DNA of 64,000 nt from Candidatus Latescibacterota bacterium (lineage in GTDB: Bacteria; Latescibacterota; UBA2968; UBA8231). The position numbers and the translations under genes were made by a program. Of the stretch, positions 28,057 through 37,551 are shown piece after piece. Position 1 is the first letter of the stretch. Every line of letters starts with the position of its first letter. The stretch covers positions 5,638,198 through 5,702,197 of the forward strand of contig CBDETY010000003.1 in the NCBI GenBank assembly GCA_965243025.1, read 5' to 3'. The notes under the pieces are model-generated. The model saw only the letters and a list, made by a program, of their open reading frames with translations, was not told the DNA's origin and did not search any database.

Positions 28057-29052
28057 CTAAAGGTCTGCATCCGGCTCGGTCGGCAGCACCTCCGGGTTGA
28101 CGCAGTACTCCGGAGCCTCCCCGTTCAGCACCTTCACCATGCTCGTGGCCATGGAGTGGTAGATCCGCGCCATGGCCACCTCGCTCGTACCGGCCGTGTG
28201 GGGCGAGAACAGGCAGCGCCGGTCGCGGAACAGCCGGTGGCTCGTGTCGGGCGGCTCTTCCTCGAACACGTCGAGGCCCACCGCACCCAGCTGCCCCGAC
28301 TCCAGTCCGTCGGCGAGGACGTCGAAGCTCTCGACCACTCCACCGCGCGCGGTGTTGATGAAGACGGCGCCCGGTTTCATGCGGGCCACCGCCGCGGCAT
28401 CGATCAGTCCTCGCGTGTCGTCGTTCAGCGGAACGTGCACCGATATGTAGTCGCTGCGCGCCAGCAGCTCGTCGAGCGCCACGACGGTGACGCCGATTTC
28501 GCTCACGCTTTCCTGCCCTACGACGGGGTCGTACCCCAGTACCTCCATCTCGAATGGCTGCACGAGCCGGGCGAGCCGGGCCCCGATGCGGCCGAGCCCG
28601 ATGATGCCGAGGGTGCGGGTGGTCATGTCGCCGGTGAGAAAGTGGAAGCGCTCGTTCCAGCGGCCTTCGCGGACAATCGCGTCCGCCTGGGGCAGGCGCT
28701 TGACGATGGACAGCAGGATGGCCAGCGCCCCCTCGGCCACGGCAAACCCGCCTACCGGCGCATACACGAGGGGAATCCCGCGGGCTGTCGCAGCTTCGAC
28801 GTCGACGGTGTCGTACCCGGCGCCTGGCCGCCCGATCACGCGCAGCCCGGGAGCGGCCTGTATGATCTCCGCCGAGATCCGGATCTCCATTCCCCTGCTG
28901 ACGATGCCGATAACGTCGCCCAGCGAGGAGACCAGGGTCCCCTCGTCGGTGGCGCTTTCTACGGGAGCGACGGTCTGCAGGACGTCGATCGCCTCGGGGC
29001 CGATGGCGCCGGTGGTCAGGATCCGTTTCCCTGAATAGTCTGTTCTGTTCAT
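28057..29052 (-). CDS. D-isomer-specific 2-hydroxyacid dehydrogenase (PGDH-like)
   Basis: NAD motif GIIGLGRIGARLA, RGG...D and a C-terminal H catalytic region (SPHTAGTS). ATG 29052. Confidence 0.85.
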   Translation of the reverse strand: MNRTDYSGKRILTTGAIGPEAIDVLQTVAPVESATDEGTLVSSLGDVIGIVSRGMEIRISAEIIQAAPGLRVIGRPGAGYDTVDVEAATARGIPLVYAPVGGFAVAEGALAILLSIVKRLPQADAIVREGRWNERFHFLTGDMTTRTLGIIGLGRIGARLARLVQPFEMEVLGYDPVVGQESVSEIGVTVVALDELLARSDYISVHVPLNDDTRGLIDAAAVARMKPGAVFINTARGGVVESFDVLADGLESGQLGAVGLDVFEEEPPDTSHRLFRDRRCLFSPHTAGTSEVAMARIYHSMATSMVKVLNGEAPEYCVNPEVLPTEPDADL

Positions 29053-29228
29053 TTCAGCGCTGAGCCTCCTTTGCGGCAAACCTGGGGGGCCGGAGGTGTT
29101 AAGCTAACCTACTCCCGATCAAACCTACCAGAGCCAACAAAGTTCACGGCATCCCGCCAAGTCGGGCGACATCACATCTGCGAATCCCCCCTCGACACCT
29201 CCCGACTTTCCGACCATACTCCCCGGCC

Positions 29229-30653
29229 ATGACGGACATCCTTCACAGTACCCGATTCACCGAAGCCAGCGCCGCCTGGGACCTCTCTCCAGGGGGAGAG
29301 GGGGGTATCGAGGTCGGGCCCGATGGCGCGGTGCTGTCACCGTCCGGGGGGGAAACCGCCTCGCTGTGCGGCAGCGGCGTGCACACCCGGAACGGCGACA
29401 GCATCGAGGTGCGTTTCCGCGTGCTGGAGGGAAGCGGCCGGCTGCGTTTCGGGTTCGACGCGGAACGGCACGAGCACGCCTGTGTCGAAGTCTGCATGAA
29501 AACGGGGACGGTTTCGCTGTTCACGACCGACTGGCGGCTCGAGCAGCCGCTTGGGGCGGTTCCAGCCGAGGTGGGAGCGGAACGATCGCACAGTCTCCTA
29601 CTCGAGAAGACGGAGGGCGCGGGGGCGCTGGTCAAGAACTCCGACGTGACCGTCTACCTGGACGGGGCGCCGATCATGCACCTCGAGAACCTGGACCTGC
29701 TGCCGGAAATGGGTGTGCTCGTGGAAGCGAGCGGAGCCCGGGTGCTCGTCGAGGAGTTCGCGCACCGGGGCCGGCCATCGGAGATACCGGAGTACCTGCA
29801 TCTGGGCGGCTGCCAGGTGCTCAACGTCGACGGTATCGAAGAGAACCTCGGGTCGATCTGCCGCGGGCTTGAAAGGGCTGCCGAGGCCGGCGTCGAGCTG
29901 CTGGTTACGCCGGAGATGTCCCTTACCGGACTGTATCCCACGAGGCCCCGCACGCGGGAACCGGGACCGGTGGCCGCCGCCGAAGCGCGGCTGCGGCAGT
30001 TCATCCGCGACCTGCCGGACGCCCCGCACGTCATTGCCGGTCTGCCGGTCTGGGAAGCGGTGGCAGAGCACGACCTGCCGGAGACGAGGTTCATCGCCTC
30101 ACGGGTGTACGATCCGGACGGCGAGATCCTGTACACGGCGCGCAAGGTCCATTCCGCTGAACAGGAGATGTGGCACGGGTACCGGCTCAACGAGTTCGAC
30201 ATCGAGGGTGTACCCGTTTCGCTCTACATCTGCCACGATAACCGCTATCCGGAGCTGCAGACCCTGCCGGTGATGTTCGGGGCCCGCCTCCTCCTGCATC
30301 CCTCGAACGGCGGTGTCGTAAGCGGCGCCGTCAGCGCCTTCGAGGCGGTCGCCATCGCAGCGAGCAGACAGACACACGCCTTTCACATGCACGTGAACGC
30401 CGGCGGCGGCAGCTACATCGTAAGTCCGGAACGGCATGCGGAGCTGCTGGCTGCGAGTGAAGAATCGCGGAGCGACAACCCGAACAGCCCGGCAGTCGGA
30501 AAGCCGACGGAGTGCTTCTTCCACGCCCGCGTGCGCATCCACGACGCCTTCGGGTACTGGCCTGCACGCGCCTTCCGCGCCTCGGAGTCCATCGCCCGGG
30601 CGTACGCGGACCTGTACCGGGAGATCGGCGGCGGGAGCGAGATCCCCTCCTGA
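29229..30653 (+). CDS. carbon-nitrogen hydrolase (nitrilase superfamily) with about 190-aa N-terminal lectin/ConA-like extension
   Basis: The C-terminal half has the E-K-C triad contexts ELLVTPEMSLTG, YTARKVH and LYICHDNRYPE. The N-terminal half is beta-rich with no recognised catalytic motif. Confidence 0.7.
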   Translation: MTDILHSTRFTEASAAWDLSPGGEGGIEVGPDGAVLSPSGGETASLCGSGVHTRNGDSIEVRFRVLEGSGRLRFGFDAERHEHACVEVCMKTGTVSLFTTDWRLEQPLGAVPAEVGAERSHSLLLEKTEGAGALVKNSDVTVYLDGAPIMHLENLDLLPEMGVLVEASGARVLVEEFAHRGRPSEIPEYLHLGGCQVLNVDGIEENLGSICRGLERAAEAGVELLVTPEMSLTGLYPTRPRTREPGPVAAAEARLRQFIRDLPDAPHVIAGLPVWEAVAEHDLPETRFIASRVYDPDGEILYTARKVHSAEQEMWHGYRLNEFDIEGVPVSLYICHDNRYPELQTLPVMFGARLLLHPSNGGVVSGAVSAFEAVAIAASRQTHAFHMHVNAGGGSYIVSPERHAELLAASEESRSDNPNSPAVGKPTECFFHARVRIHDAFGYWPARAFRASESIARAYADLYREIGGGSEIPS

Positions 30654-30676
30654 CAACCATCGACAAGGCGAAACCA

Positions 30677-32197
30677 ATGCCGATGCTCAATATCGGATCG
30701 ACCAGGCAGCTCTTCTTCGACGATTACCTGATCGAAAGTCTGGTCAACGCAAAGCAGGGGCTGAACCCCGCGGTAAAGGTTGAGGGCAACCCCGTCCTCC
30801 GGCCGGAGCGCCCGTGGGAAGGAAACTTCATGCGGCCCGCCAAGGTGATCTTCGACCCGGCAGACCAGGTCTTCAGGATGTGGTATTCCTCGGCGACCAT
30901 CACCGTGCGCCTGGAAAACGGGAAACCGGTCCCCGGCGGTGCCGCGGGTCTTGTCCTGGACCAACGGGGCGACGTGATGTGCCTGGCGACCTCCGAGGAT
31001 GGAGTTAACTGGGAGCGGCCGTCACTGGGACTGGTCGAATTCGACGGCTCGACGGACAACAACATCATCCCCCGGAAGGAGGGGCTGCCGTCGGTGCCGG
31101 CTTTCCAGGATCTGCACGAGAAGGATCCCGCCAAACGGTTCAAGGCAATGCAGCTGACCGGGGGCACGCAGACCCGGGGGATGCAATACGATCTCTTCCA
31201 TTCCCCGGATGCAATCGACTGGACTCCCTACGAAGGCAATCCCGTCATCGATACCGGGAAGGAACTGGGACGTTGGTCGGGCCGTTTCCAGGGATGGGAC
31301 CCGATACGCGAGACGTACTACGTCACCATGGAAGCCAGCCACCACTGGCGGGGACCTTACGGCAAACGGCTGATCGGCAGGGCGGAAAGCCCGGACATGA
31401 TTCACTGGAGCGAGCCGGAGATCATCCTCGTGCCGGACGGGGACGACTATCCCGACACCGAGTTCTACAGCATGCCGGTCATCCCCTACGAAGGTGTTTA
31501 TGTCGGGTTGCTGTGGATCTTTCGCACCACCAACGTGACCCACCATCCGGAGGTCGTCTTCAGCCGGGACGGGTTTCACTTTCAGCGGAACTACCGGGAG
31601 CCGTTCATACCCCGCGGCGGCGCGCGGGGGGACTTCGACTACAGCAGCGTCTACGCCCAGGACACCATCGTTCACGGGGACCGCATCTTCACCTACTACA
31701 TCGGCACCAACAGCCGGTCTCCTGAAACCGCCCTGGAACTGGGAGACAAGTCCGCGGAGGGGATAGGACTGGCGGTATCACGTCTCGACGGGTTCGTCTC
31801 TCTCGACAGCGGGAAGGGCTGGGTGGTCAAGGACAGGTCCGAGGAGGAACTGCAACAGATCTACGGCGAGCGGGAAATCTTTCCGGAGCCGGAGTCCTTC
31901 GGTCAGATGACGACCCGCCCGTTCGGGTTTTCCGGATCGCGCCTGTACCTGAACGCAAGCATGGCCCCGATTGCCGCGGGGCCGGGTCCCGGCGAGGTCA
32001 GGGTCGAGATTTTAAGGGCGAATTTCAAGAAGCTGCCCGGATTCAGCTTCAGCGATGCCGATCCGGTCAGACAGACGAGCACCGCCCACCTTGTCTCGTG
32101 GAACGGGAACTCCGATTTGAGTGCGCTGGCGGGCAAGCCGGTGAAGCTGCGGTTCTACTTCAAGAACGCCAAGCTGTACTCTTTCCAGTTCAAGTAA
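30677..32197 (+). CDS. putative glycoside-hydrolase-like beta-propeller protein (family not assignable)
   Basis: 506 aa from ATG 30677. The N-terminus RQLFFDDYLIES...NPVLRPERPWEG and repeated W/Y/G-rich blades resemble GH43/GH32/GH130-type propellers. Confidence 0.5.
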   Translation: MPMLNIGSTRQLFFDDYLIESLVNAKQGLNPAVKVEGNPVLRPERPWEGNFMRPAKVIFDPADQVFRMWYSSATITVRLENGKPVPGGAAGLVLDQRGDVMCLATSEDGVNWERPSLGLVEFDGSTDNNIIPRKEGLPSVPAFQDLHEKDPAKRFKAMQLTGGTQTRGMQYDLFHSPDAIDWTPYEGNPVIDTGKELGRWSGRFQGWDPIRETYYVTMEASHHWRGPYGKRLIGRAESPDMIHWSEPEIILVPDGDDYPDTEFYSMPVIPYEGVYVGLLWIFRTTNVTHHPEVVFSRDGFHFQRNYREPFIPRGGARGDFDYSSVYAQDTIVHGDRIFTYYIGTNSRSPETALELGDKSAEGIGLAVSRLDGFVSLDSGKGWVVKDRSEEELQQIYGEREIFPEPESFGQMTTRPFGFSGSRLYLNASMAPIAAGPGPGEVRVEILRANFKKLPGFSFSDADPVRQTSTAHLVSWNGNSDLSALAGKPVKLRFYFKNAKLYSFQFK

Positions 32198-32256
32198 CTC
32201 GGTCCGCGGGAAGGTACGCCGACGCTTCGGCGGGAGCGTGACGAGCCGGCTCCGGG

Positions 32257-32733
32257 CTACTCGCCGCGGAAGGCTTTCTCCAGGGCGGGGACATCCAGTT
32301 TCTTCATCTGCAGAAAAGCCTCGGTGACGCGCTCGACCGCGGCTGCATCGCCGCTGTTCAACATCTCACCCAGTGCGACCGGCGTGATCTGCCAGGAGAC
32401 GCCGAAGCGATCGGTCAGCCAGCCGCACTGACCCTCCTCACCGCCCTCCGCAGTCAACCGCTCCCAGAGGCGGTCCACCTCGGCCTGGTCGGCGCAGTTG
32501 ACCAGGAGTGACACCGCCGGGCTGAGCTTGTAGTGGGGTCCCCCGTTGATGATGCAGAACTCCTGCCCAGCCAGCTCGAACTCGGCCGTCATGATGTCGC
32601 CGGGGTTTCCCATGCCCCCTTCGGCGTAACGCAGGATCCGCGTGACCCGCGAATCCGCGAAAAGGGACGTGTACAGCTCGAGCGCTTCCTCCACCTGCCC
32701 GTCAAACCACAGATTGGTGACGATTTTCTGCAT
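32257..32733 (-). CDS. VOC-family protein (PhnB / 3-demethylubiquinone-9 methyltransferase-domain type)
   Basis: MQKIVTNLWFDGQVEEALELY...CGWLTDRFGVSWQI. Confidence 0.8.
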   Translation of the reverse strand: MQKIVTNLWFDGQVEEALELYTSLFADSRVTRILRYAEGGMGNPGDIMTAEFELAGQEFCIINGGPHYKLSPAVSLLVNCADQAEVDRLWERLTAEGGEEGQCGWLTDRFGVSWQITPVALGEMLNSGDAAAVERVTEAFLQMKKLDVPALEKAFRGE

Positions 32734-32771
32734 GGGTTCAATCCTCTCCTGTCAGTTGGATCGTGTACGAC

Positions 32772-33773
32772 TCAAGGCGCCCCGCGCTCTTTCAGGAGCG
32801 CTGCCGCCCGGGTCGCGCCGCCGAACTCCGCCCAACCCAGCGGGGTGCCGCCGTGCGCTCCGTCGACCACGGCGGCGTCGGCGCCGCGGTCCAGCAGCAG
32901 CTCGACGCAGCCCACCGCGTCGTGCTGGGCGGCCAGGTGCATGGCGACCGCGCTGACGCCATGACCCTCGCCGCCCCAGTCGTGCCGCAGATCGGAATCG
33001 GCGCCGTGATCGAGCAGCCAGGCCGCGGCTTCCACCTTGTCGCTGTAGCAGGCCCACAGCAGCGGCGTGCCCCGGAACGGGTTGGCGTTGACGTTGGCGC
33101 CGCGGGCTACGAGTTCGTCCATCGCCTGGCACTGGTTGTTCCGCGCCGCCCACGACAGGGCCTCGTCGACGACCTCCCGGCGCTCGAGTGTCCTGTTCCA
33201 GGCGGGGAAGAACACCGGGGCGTAGAATCCGAGGCCCTCCCGGGCGGCAGGGGTCAGCTCGCTCCCCTTGAAGAACCTGCCGACATCGGCGCCGAGGGCC
33301 GCGGCGGCTCGCAGGTTGTCCGGGTACACGGGCGTCAGCACGCCGCCCATGAAGGCCTTGGCATAGAACAGGGCGTACGACAGGGGCGAACCCCCGTCTC
33401 TCCCGTAAGCCTCGGCACGGACGGAGGCCCCGGCCCGCACCAGGCGCGCGCCGAGGCCGGCGTGTCCCGCCATGGCGGCGGTGTGCAGAGGCGTCCAACC
33501 GTCGTCGTCGGCCGCGGAAGGGTCGGCGCCTGCGGCCAGGATCATGTCCACGGCCGCGTGCTGCTGACGGGTGCCGGGATCGATTGGAATGGCGATGTCG
33601 CCGGTGGCGGCGCGGCAGGCCAGATCGAGCAGTGTGCGCCCGTCGGCATCGGCGGCGGCGGTTGCGGAAGGAGAATCGGCGAGGATGGCCGCGAGGGACT
33701 CGAGGTCGCCGGCGCGGGCGGCCGTTGCCGCCTGCGTCAGTGCGTCTTCAGCCACGCCGGTCTGCCTGGTCAT
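32772..33773 (-). CDS. ankyrin-repeat protein
   Basis: Repeats such as DDDGWTPLHTAAMAGHAGLGARLVRAGASV and GTPLLWACYSDKVEAAAWLLDHGAD. Confidence 0.8.
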   Translation of the reverse strand: MTRQTGVAEDALTQAATAARAGDLESLAAILADSPSATAAADADGRTLLDLACRAATGDIAIPIDPGTRQQHAAVDMILAAGADPSAADDDGWTPLHTAAMAGHAGLGARLVRAGASVRAEAYGRDGGSPLSYALFYAKAFMGGVLTPVYPDNLRAAAALGADVGRFFKGSELTPAAREGLGFYAPVFFPAWNRTLERREVVDEALSWAARNNQCQAMDELVARGANVNANPFRGTPLLWACYSDKVEAAAWLLDHGADSDLRHDWGGEGHGVSAVAMHLAAQHDAVGCVELLLDRGADAAVVDGAHGGTPLGWAEFGGATRAAALLKERGAP

Positions 33774-34078
33774 GGGGCAGCCGCATCACCTCGGGAACTC
33801 CAGCAAGGTCACTCCCGAACATCCTTGTGGATACGTTTCACTCAGCCAAAGAGGCCTTGATCCGGCCCCAGGCCCCCCAGGCACTGCCGAAGGACCAGCA
33901 AAGGGTGTATGACGATGAGCGGCTGGATGAGACTCTTGACCATGGTCCCGCCGACCGACTGGCGTTATCCGTTTATGGAAGAAGAGTAGGAGCGGGGAGC
34001 CTCCCGCTGCTGGAAGCCCGTCACCCCGAGGCTTGTGCGCAACCGGGTCGGCCCTTCCTTGTCCCCGCCCTTCGCCGC

Positions 34079-35122
34079 TCAATACGAGAACGGCATCCGC
34101 AGTGGCGCCGTCCTTTCCGCCCGGTCGTACCACCCCTGGGGTGCGTGGTCGCTCATGTGGAGGTAGCACCTGATGTCGACGTCCGCCGCGCCTTCGGAAA
34201 ACGTCAGCAGCCGGCTCATCGAAACGTTCCTGTAGCCGTGGTATTTCGAGATGGCGGCCACGTTGACGAAGGTCACCCCCCACTTCCGCTCCACGTGGGA
34301 CCGCCCGCCGCAGGTATCGTCCGGATCCGTGTGGGTATGGCCCCCCAGCCAGAGGTCGACCGCTCCCGGGTTCGCCTCCAGCCAGAACTCGAACGCACCC
34401 GCATCCGGTTTTCCGCCGACGAAATAGAGGTACGACGCCCCGACGGGCGCCCCGTCCTCGAAGCGGCCGTGGTAGCCTCCGTCAACCCCCTCCCACGGGC
34501 CTGAGGCCACTGTCGTCTCCCTCAACATGTGGTGGTGGGCGGTTACGATGATCCTGTCCTGGTTTTCCTCGACCTTCTGTTTCCACCACTCGAAGGTCTC
34601 CCGCGTCACCGCGCCGGCCGGGTATCCCCCCCTCTGGCCGCGTCCGACCGGAGGGCCGCCGTCGTTGCGGTCCCCCATGGCCAGAAACAGGACGTTCCCC
34701 ACCTGGAACGAGTACCGCTCCCAGGTCCCCTCGACCGGGTAGGGCCGCCGGTCGGCGTGAACGCCTGAGTACCCGGGGTTCTCCCCGAGGGGATCGACCC
34801 ACTTCCGGAACCACCACTGGCACGGCTCGTCGGGGCCGCTGGCGTCGTGGTTGCCCACGATGTTGTAGAAATCTTCCCGGGGGTGCCGGGTCGACACGCT
34901 GTACTGCCGCACCACCTCCTCCCCTTCCTCGTCACCGGGCGGTGTCTGCGACCCGGACAAGTCGCCGATGTCCAGCATGATATCCCACTCGAACGGCGGA
35001 CCGCCATCGGCGCCGCCCCGTTCGGCCTGCAGGATCGCATCGGCAAGGCTGCGGCGGTCGGCATGCGCCAGGTCCGTGCCCAGGTGCGCATCCCCGCCCG
35101 CCCACAGCTTGAAGGTCCTCAC
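34079..35122 (-). CDS. calcineurin-like metallophosphoesterase
   Basis: Motifs GDAHLG, DIGDLSG, GNHD and a GGHTH-like WLGGHTHTD. GTG start at 35122. Confidence 0.8.
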   Translation of the reverse strand: MRTFKLWAGGDAHLGTDLAHADRRSLADAILQAERGGADGGPPFEWDIMLDIGDLSGSQTPPGDEEGEEVVRQYSVSTRHPREDFYNIVGNHDASGPDEPCQWWFRKWVDPLGENPGYSGVHADRRPYPVEGTWERYSFQVGNVLFLAMGDRNDGGPPVGRGQRGGYPAGAVTRETFEWWKQKVEENQDRIIVTAHHHMLRETTVASGPWEGVDGGYHGRFEDGAPVGASYLYFVGGKPDAGAFEFWLEANPGAVDLWLGGHTHTDPDDTCGGRSHVERKWGVTFVNVAAISKYHGYRNVSMSRLLTFSEGAADVDIRCYLHMSDHAPQGWYDRAERTAPLRMPFSY

Positions 35123-35285
35123 TCCGGCGGCACCGTCAGCTGCTTGAAGTGAGGGAGCCCCGGCGCTTCCCGCGAGCCGGTGACAAATGGTCCCGTCGAG
35201 GACGCGGAGTGAACCGTCGGCCCTCTGGCCATGGACGGGGTTGCCGCCGGCGACATGGCAAGGATCAGCGGGGGGTCACCGGCCC

Positions 35286-36527
35286 TCATCGGGCGGCCTC
35301 CGCCAGGTCGAGGCAGACGATTTCCCGTTCGTCGCGGAGGAAGAGACGGCCCCCCGCGAGTGTGGGCAGCGTCCAGCAGCGGCCCTCGAGAACGGGGTAG
35401 CCGGCCTTTTCGACGAAACCCGCGGGGGTGGCCTCGGCGAGGCCGAGGTTGCCGCGTTCACCGAGGATGACGAGGTGGCCGTCGGCGAAGATCAGCGTGC
35501 CCTTGCCGTAGCCCCGGGACTTCCACTTCTCGGCGCCGGTCTTCGCGTCGATGCACTTGAGGATCGAGCCGTCGAAACCGTAGAGGTGGCCCTCGTGGTA
35601 GATGGAGGTGGCGAAGTGGTTCTTCATTTCCGTATTGCGCCAGACCTCGCTGACACTGTAGCCGCTGTCCGTGGCGGAGACCTCCACCACGGTGCCGCCG
35701 GTGCCGTAGCCGGAGGAGATGAAGAAGCGGTCGGGTGGAATGAAAACCGGGGTGGCGGCGTTGACGTCGTGCCTGGTCGTCCAGGGGTGTGTCCACAGCA
35801 CCTTGCCGTTTTGCGGCGCCACGGAGACCAGCCCGTAGCCGGTGAAAAACACCGCCTGGGGCGTTTTTCCGATGGTGACGGCGATGGGAGAGGAGTAGCC
35901 CAGCTTGTCGCTGCCGGTGGTCCAGGCGACCTCGCCGCTGGATTTGTCAAAGGCCATCAGCGAACGGCCGCCAGAACCGCCGGCCTCGATCAGGACCAGG
36001 TTGCCTGCGACCAGCGGCGACGGGCAAAAGCCCCAGCGGGGCTTCCTGCTGCCGAATTCGCGCACCAGGTCGCGGCTCCATTTTTGAGAGCCGGTTTTGC
36101 TGTCGAGTGCGTAGAGTTTGCCGTAGGCGCTGGAAACATAGACCGTTCCGCCGTCCACGGTGGGGGTTCCACGCGGACCGTCGCCCCCCTGCCGTTCCAT
36201 CAACAGATCGTCGGTGCGGGTGCGCCACAGCACTTCGCCGTTGCCGGCGTCGAGACAGACCGCGTATTCCTCGCCGCCGTGGATGTACATCGTATAGAGG
36301 CGGCCGCCGGCTACGGACATCCCGGAAAACCCCTTCCCGCCCTGAGTCCGCCAGGACTCGTTGATCGACAGCTTGTCGCCGAACAGGCCGGTCTCAGGCG
36401 AGATGCCGTTGCGTTCGGGGCCGAGCCATTGCGGCCAGCCCGCCGTTTGCCAGCGCGACCAGTCCTGGGCCGAGGCGGGAAAGGCAAGCAGGAGGAGGGT
36501 CAGGGGAACCAGCAGTTCAGTCTTCAT
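35286..36527 (-). CDS. PQQ-like (BamB-type) beta-propeller repeat protein, secreted
   Basis: Signal peptide MKTELLVPLTLLLLAFPASA. Repeated G.VYV..../GKLYALD/G.V.W motifs. Confidence 0.8.
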   Translation of the reverse strand: MKTELLVPLTLLLLAFPASAQDWSRWQTAGWPQWLGPERNGISPETGLFGDKLSINESWRTQGGKGFSGMSVAGGRLYTMYIHGGEEYAVCLDAGNGEVLWRTRTDDLLMERQGGDGPRGTPTVDGGTVYVSSAYGKLYALDSKTGSQKWSRDLVREFGSRKPRWGFCPSPLVAGNLVLIEAGGSGGRSLMAFDKSSGEVAWTTGSDKLGYSSPIAVTIGKTPQAVFFTGYGLVSVAPQNGKVLWTHPWTTRHDVNAATPVFIPPDRFFISSGYGTGGTVVEVSATDSGYSVSEVWRNTEMKNHFATSIYHEGHLYGFDGSILKCIDAKTGAEKWKSRGYGKGTLIFADGHLVILGERGNLGLAEATPAGFVEKAGYPVLEGRCWTLPTLAGGRLFLRDEREIVCLDLAEAAR

Positions 36528-36679
36528 CGGGCTGCTCCGTTGCCGTTGCGGGTGGAGGTTGAAATCCGGGCGGGCGCGAGAACATGAAGCCGCCGCACCC
36601 GTGCCCATGTAATGGTAAAATATGGCACCTTTCCGGCTTTTCTGAGGTCTGCTCTTCGCGCATGGCCTTGAGAGGACAC

Positions 36680-36710
36680 AAAAAACGCGGAGCAGACGGG
36701 CTGCTCCGCG
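36680..36710 (-). terminator. rho-independent terminator downstream of the Spy/CpxP-like gene
   Basis: On the minus strand there is a 10-bp perfect stem CGCGGAGCAG/CTGCTCCGCG with a 5-nt loop, followed by TTTTTTG. It lies about 28 nt after the stop at 36738. Confidence 0.6.
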
Positions 36711-36737
36711 TCGCGGAAAAAAACAGGAAACCGGTGT

Positions 36738-37349
36738 TTACCACCGGCCGCGCCAGCGTTTGCCGCCTCCGTAGAACGCCTCGTCCTTCATCACTTCGAG
36801 CTGTTCCCGCTGCTCATCGGTCAGGACGTCTTCCAGGGCGGTGCGGTGCTTCTGGCGCGTATCGCGAATCTCCTCGCGGTGCCCGGTGCGCAACTCCTCG
36901 AGCTGTTCCTTCTGCTCGTCGGTCAGGTCCAGCTTTGAAAACGCGCCCATGCCGCCGCGCCCGGGGTGGTCCCGACCCTTGCCCCCGCGCCACATGTCGT
37001 ACCGGTCCTTCCCCTTGCCGCCGCGGCCGTCGAAAAACCTGCCGCGCCTGCCGCGCATTTCTTTCAGGGTCTCCTGCTGCTCCCCGGTCAGAATGTTCAT
37101 TACCGCCTCCCGCTGCTCCTCAGCCATGGCGGCCATGGCCTCCCGCTGCTCGCGCCTGGCTTCGCGGTGCTCCCTGCGCAACTCCTGCAACTGCTCCTTC
37201 TGCTCGCCGGTCAGGTCGAGACGCTCCAGCATCCACGGCCCGGGCTGCCCGTGCCCCCGCATCTTTCCTCCGTGCCCGGCTACGGCCACGGTGACCAGCG
37301 CGCCGAGCGCCAGCGCGGCGCCGGCTGCAATGATCCATTTCTTTTTCAT
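36738..37349 (-). CDS. Spy/CpxP-family periplasmic protein (LTxxQ repeats)
   Basis: Signal peptide MKKKWIIAAGAALALGALV. Repeated LDLTGEQKEQLQELR, LTGEQQETL, LDLTDEQKEQLEELR and LTDEQREQL. Confidence 0.75.
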   Translation of the reverse strand: MKKKWIIAAGAALALGALVTVAVAGHGGKMRGHGQPGPWMLERLDLTGEQKEQLQELRREHREARREQREAMAAMAEEQREAVMNILTGEQQETLKEMRGRRGRFFDGRGGKGKDRYDMWRGGKGRDHPGRGGMGAFSKLDLTDEQKEQLEELRTGHREEIRDTRQKHRTALEDVLTDEQREQLEVMKDEAFYGGGKRWRGRW

Positions 37350-37551
37350 CGTTCTTTCTCCCGCGTCAAGCGTCAGTTGGGTTCAACCGCCTGGCCGGCG
37401 GCTCTTGAGATATGGCCATTTCTTCTCTCCACGCCCCATTAGACCACCTGACGATGCAATTCATTTCATTGAGGGTTCATTTTTTTCCTGATTGCGGCAG
37501 CGGGACCGCAACGACACCGCCCCTGCCGCGAGGTTCGGCGCGACCGGGAAA

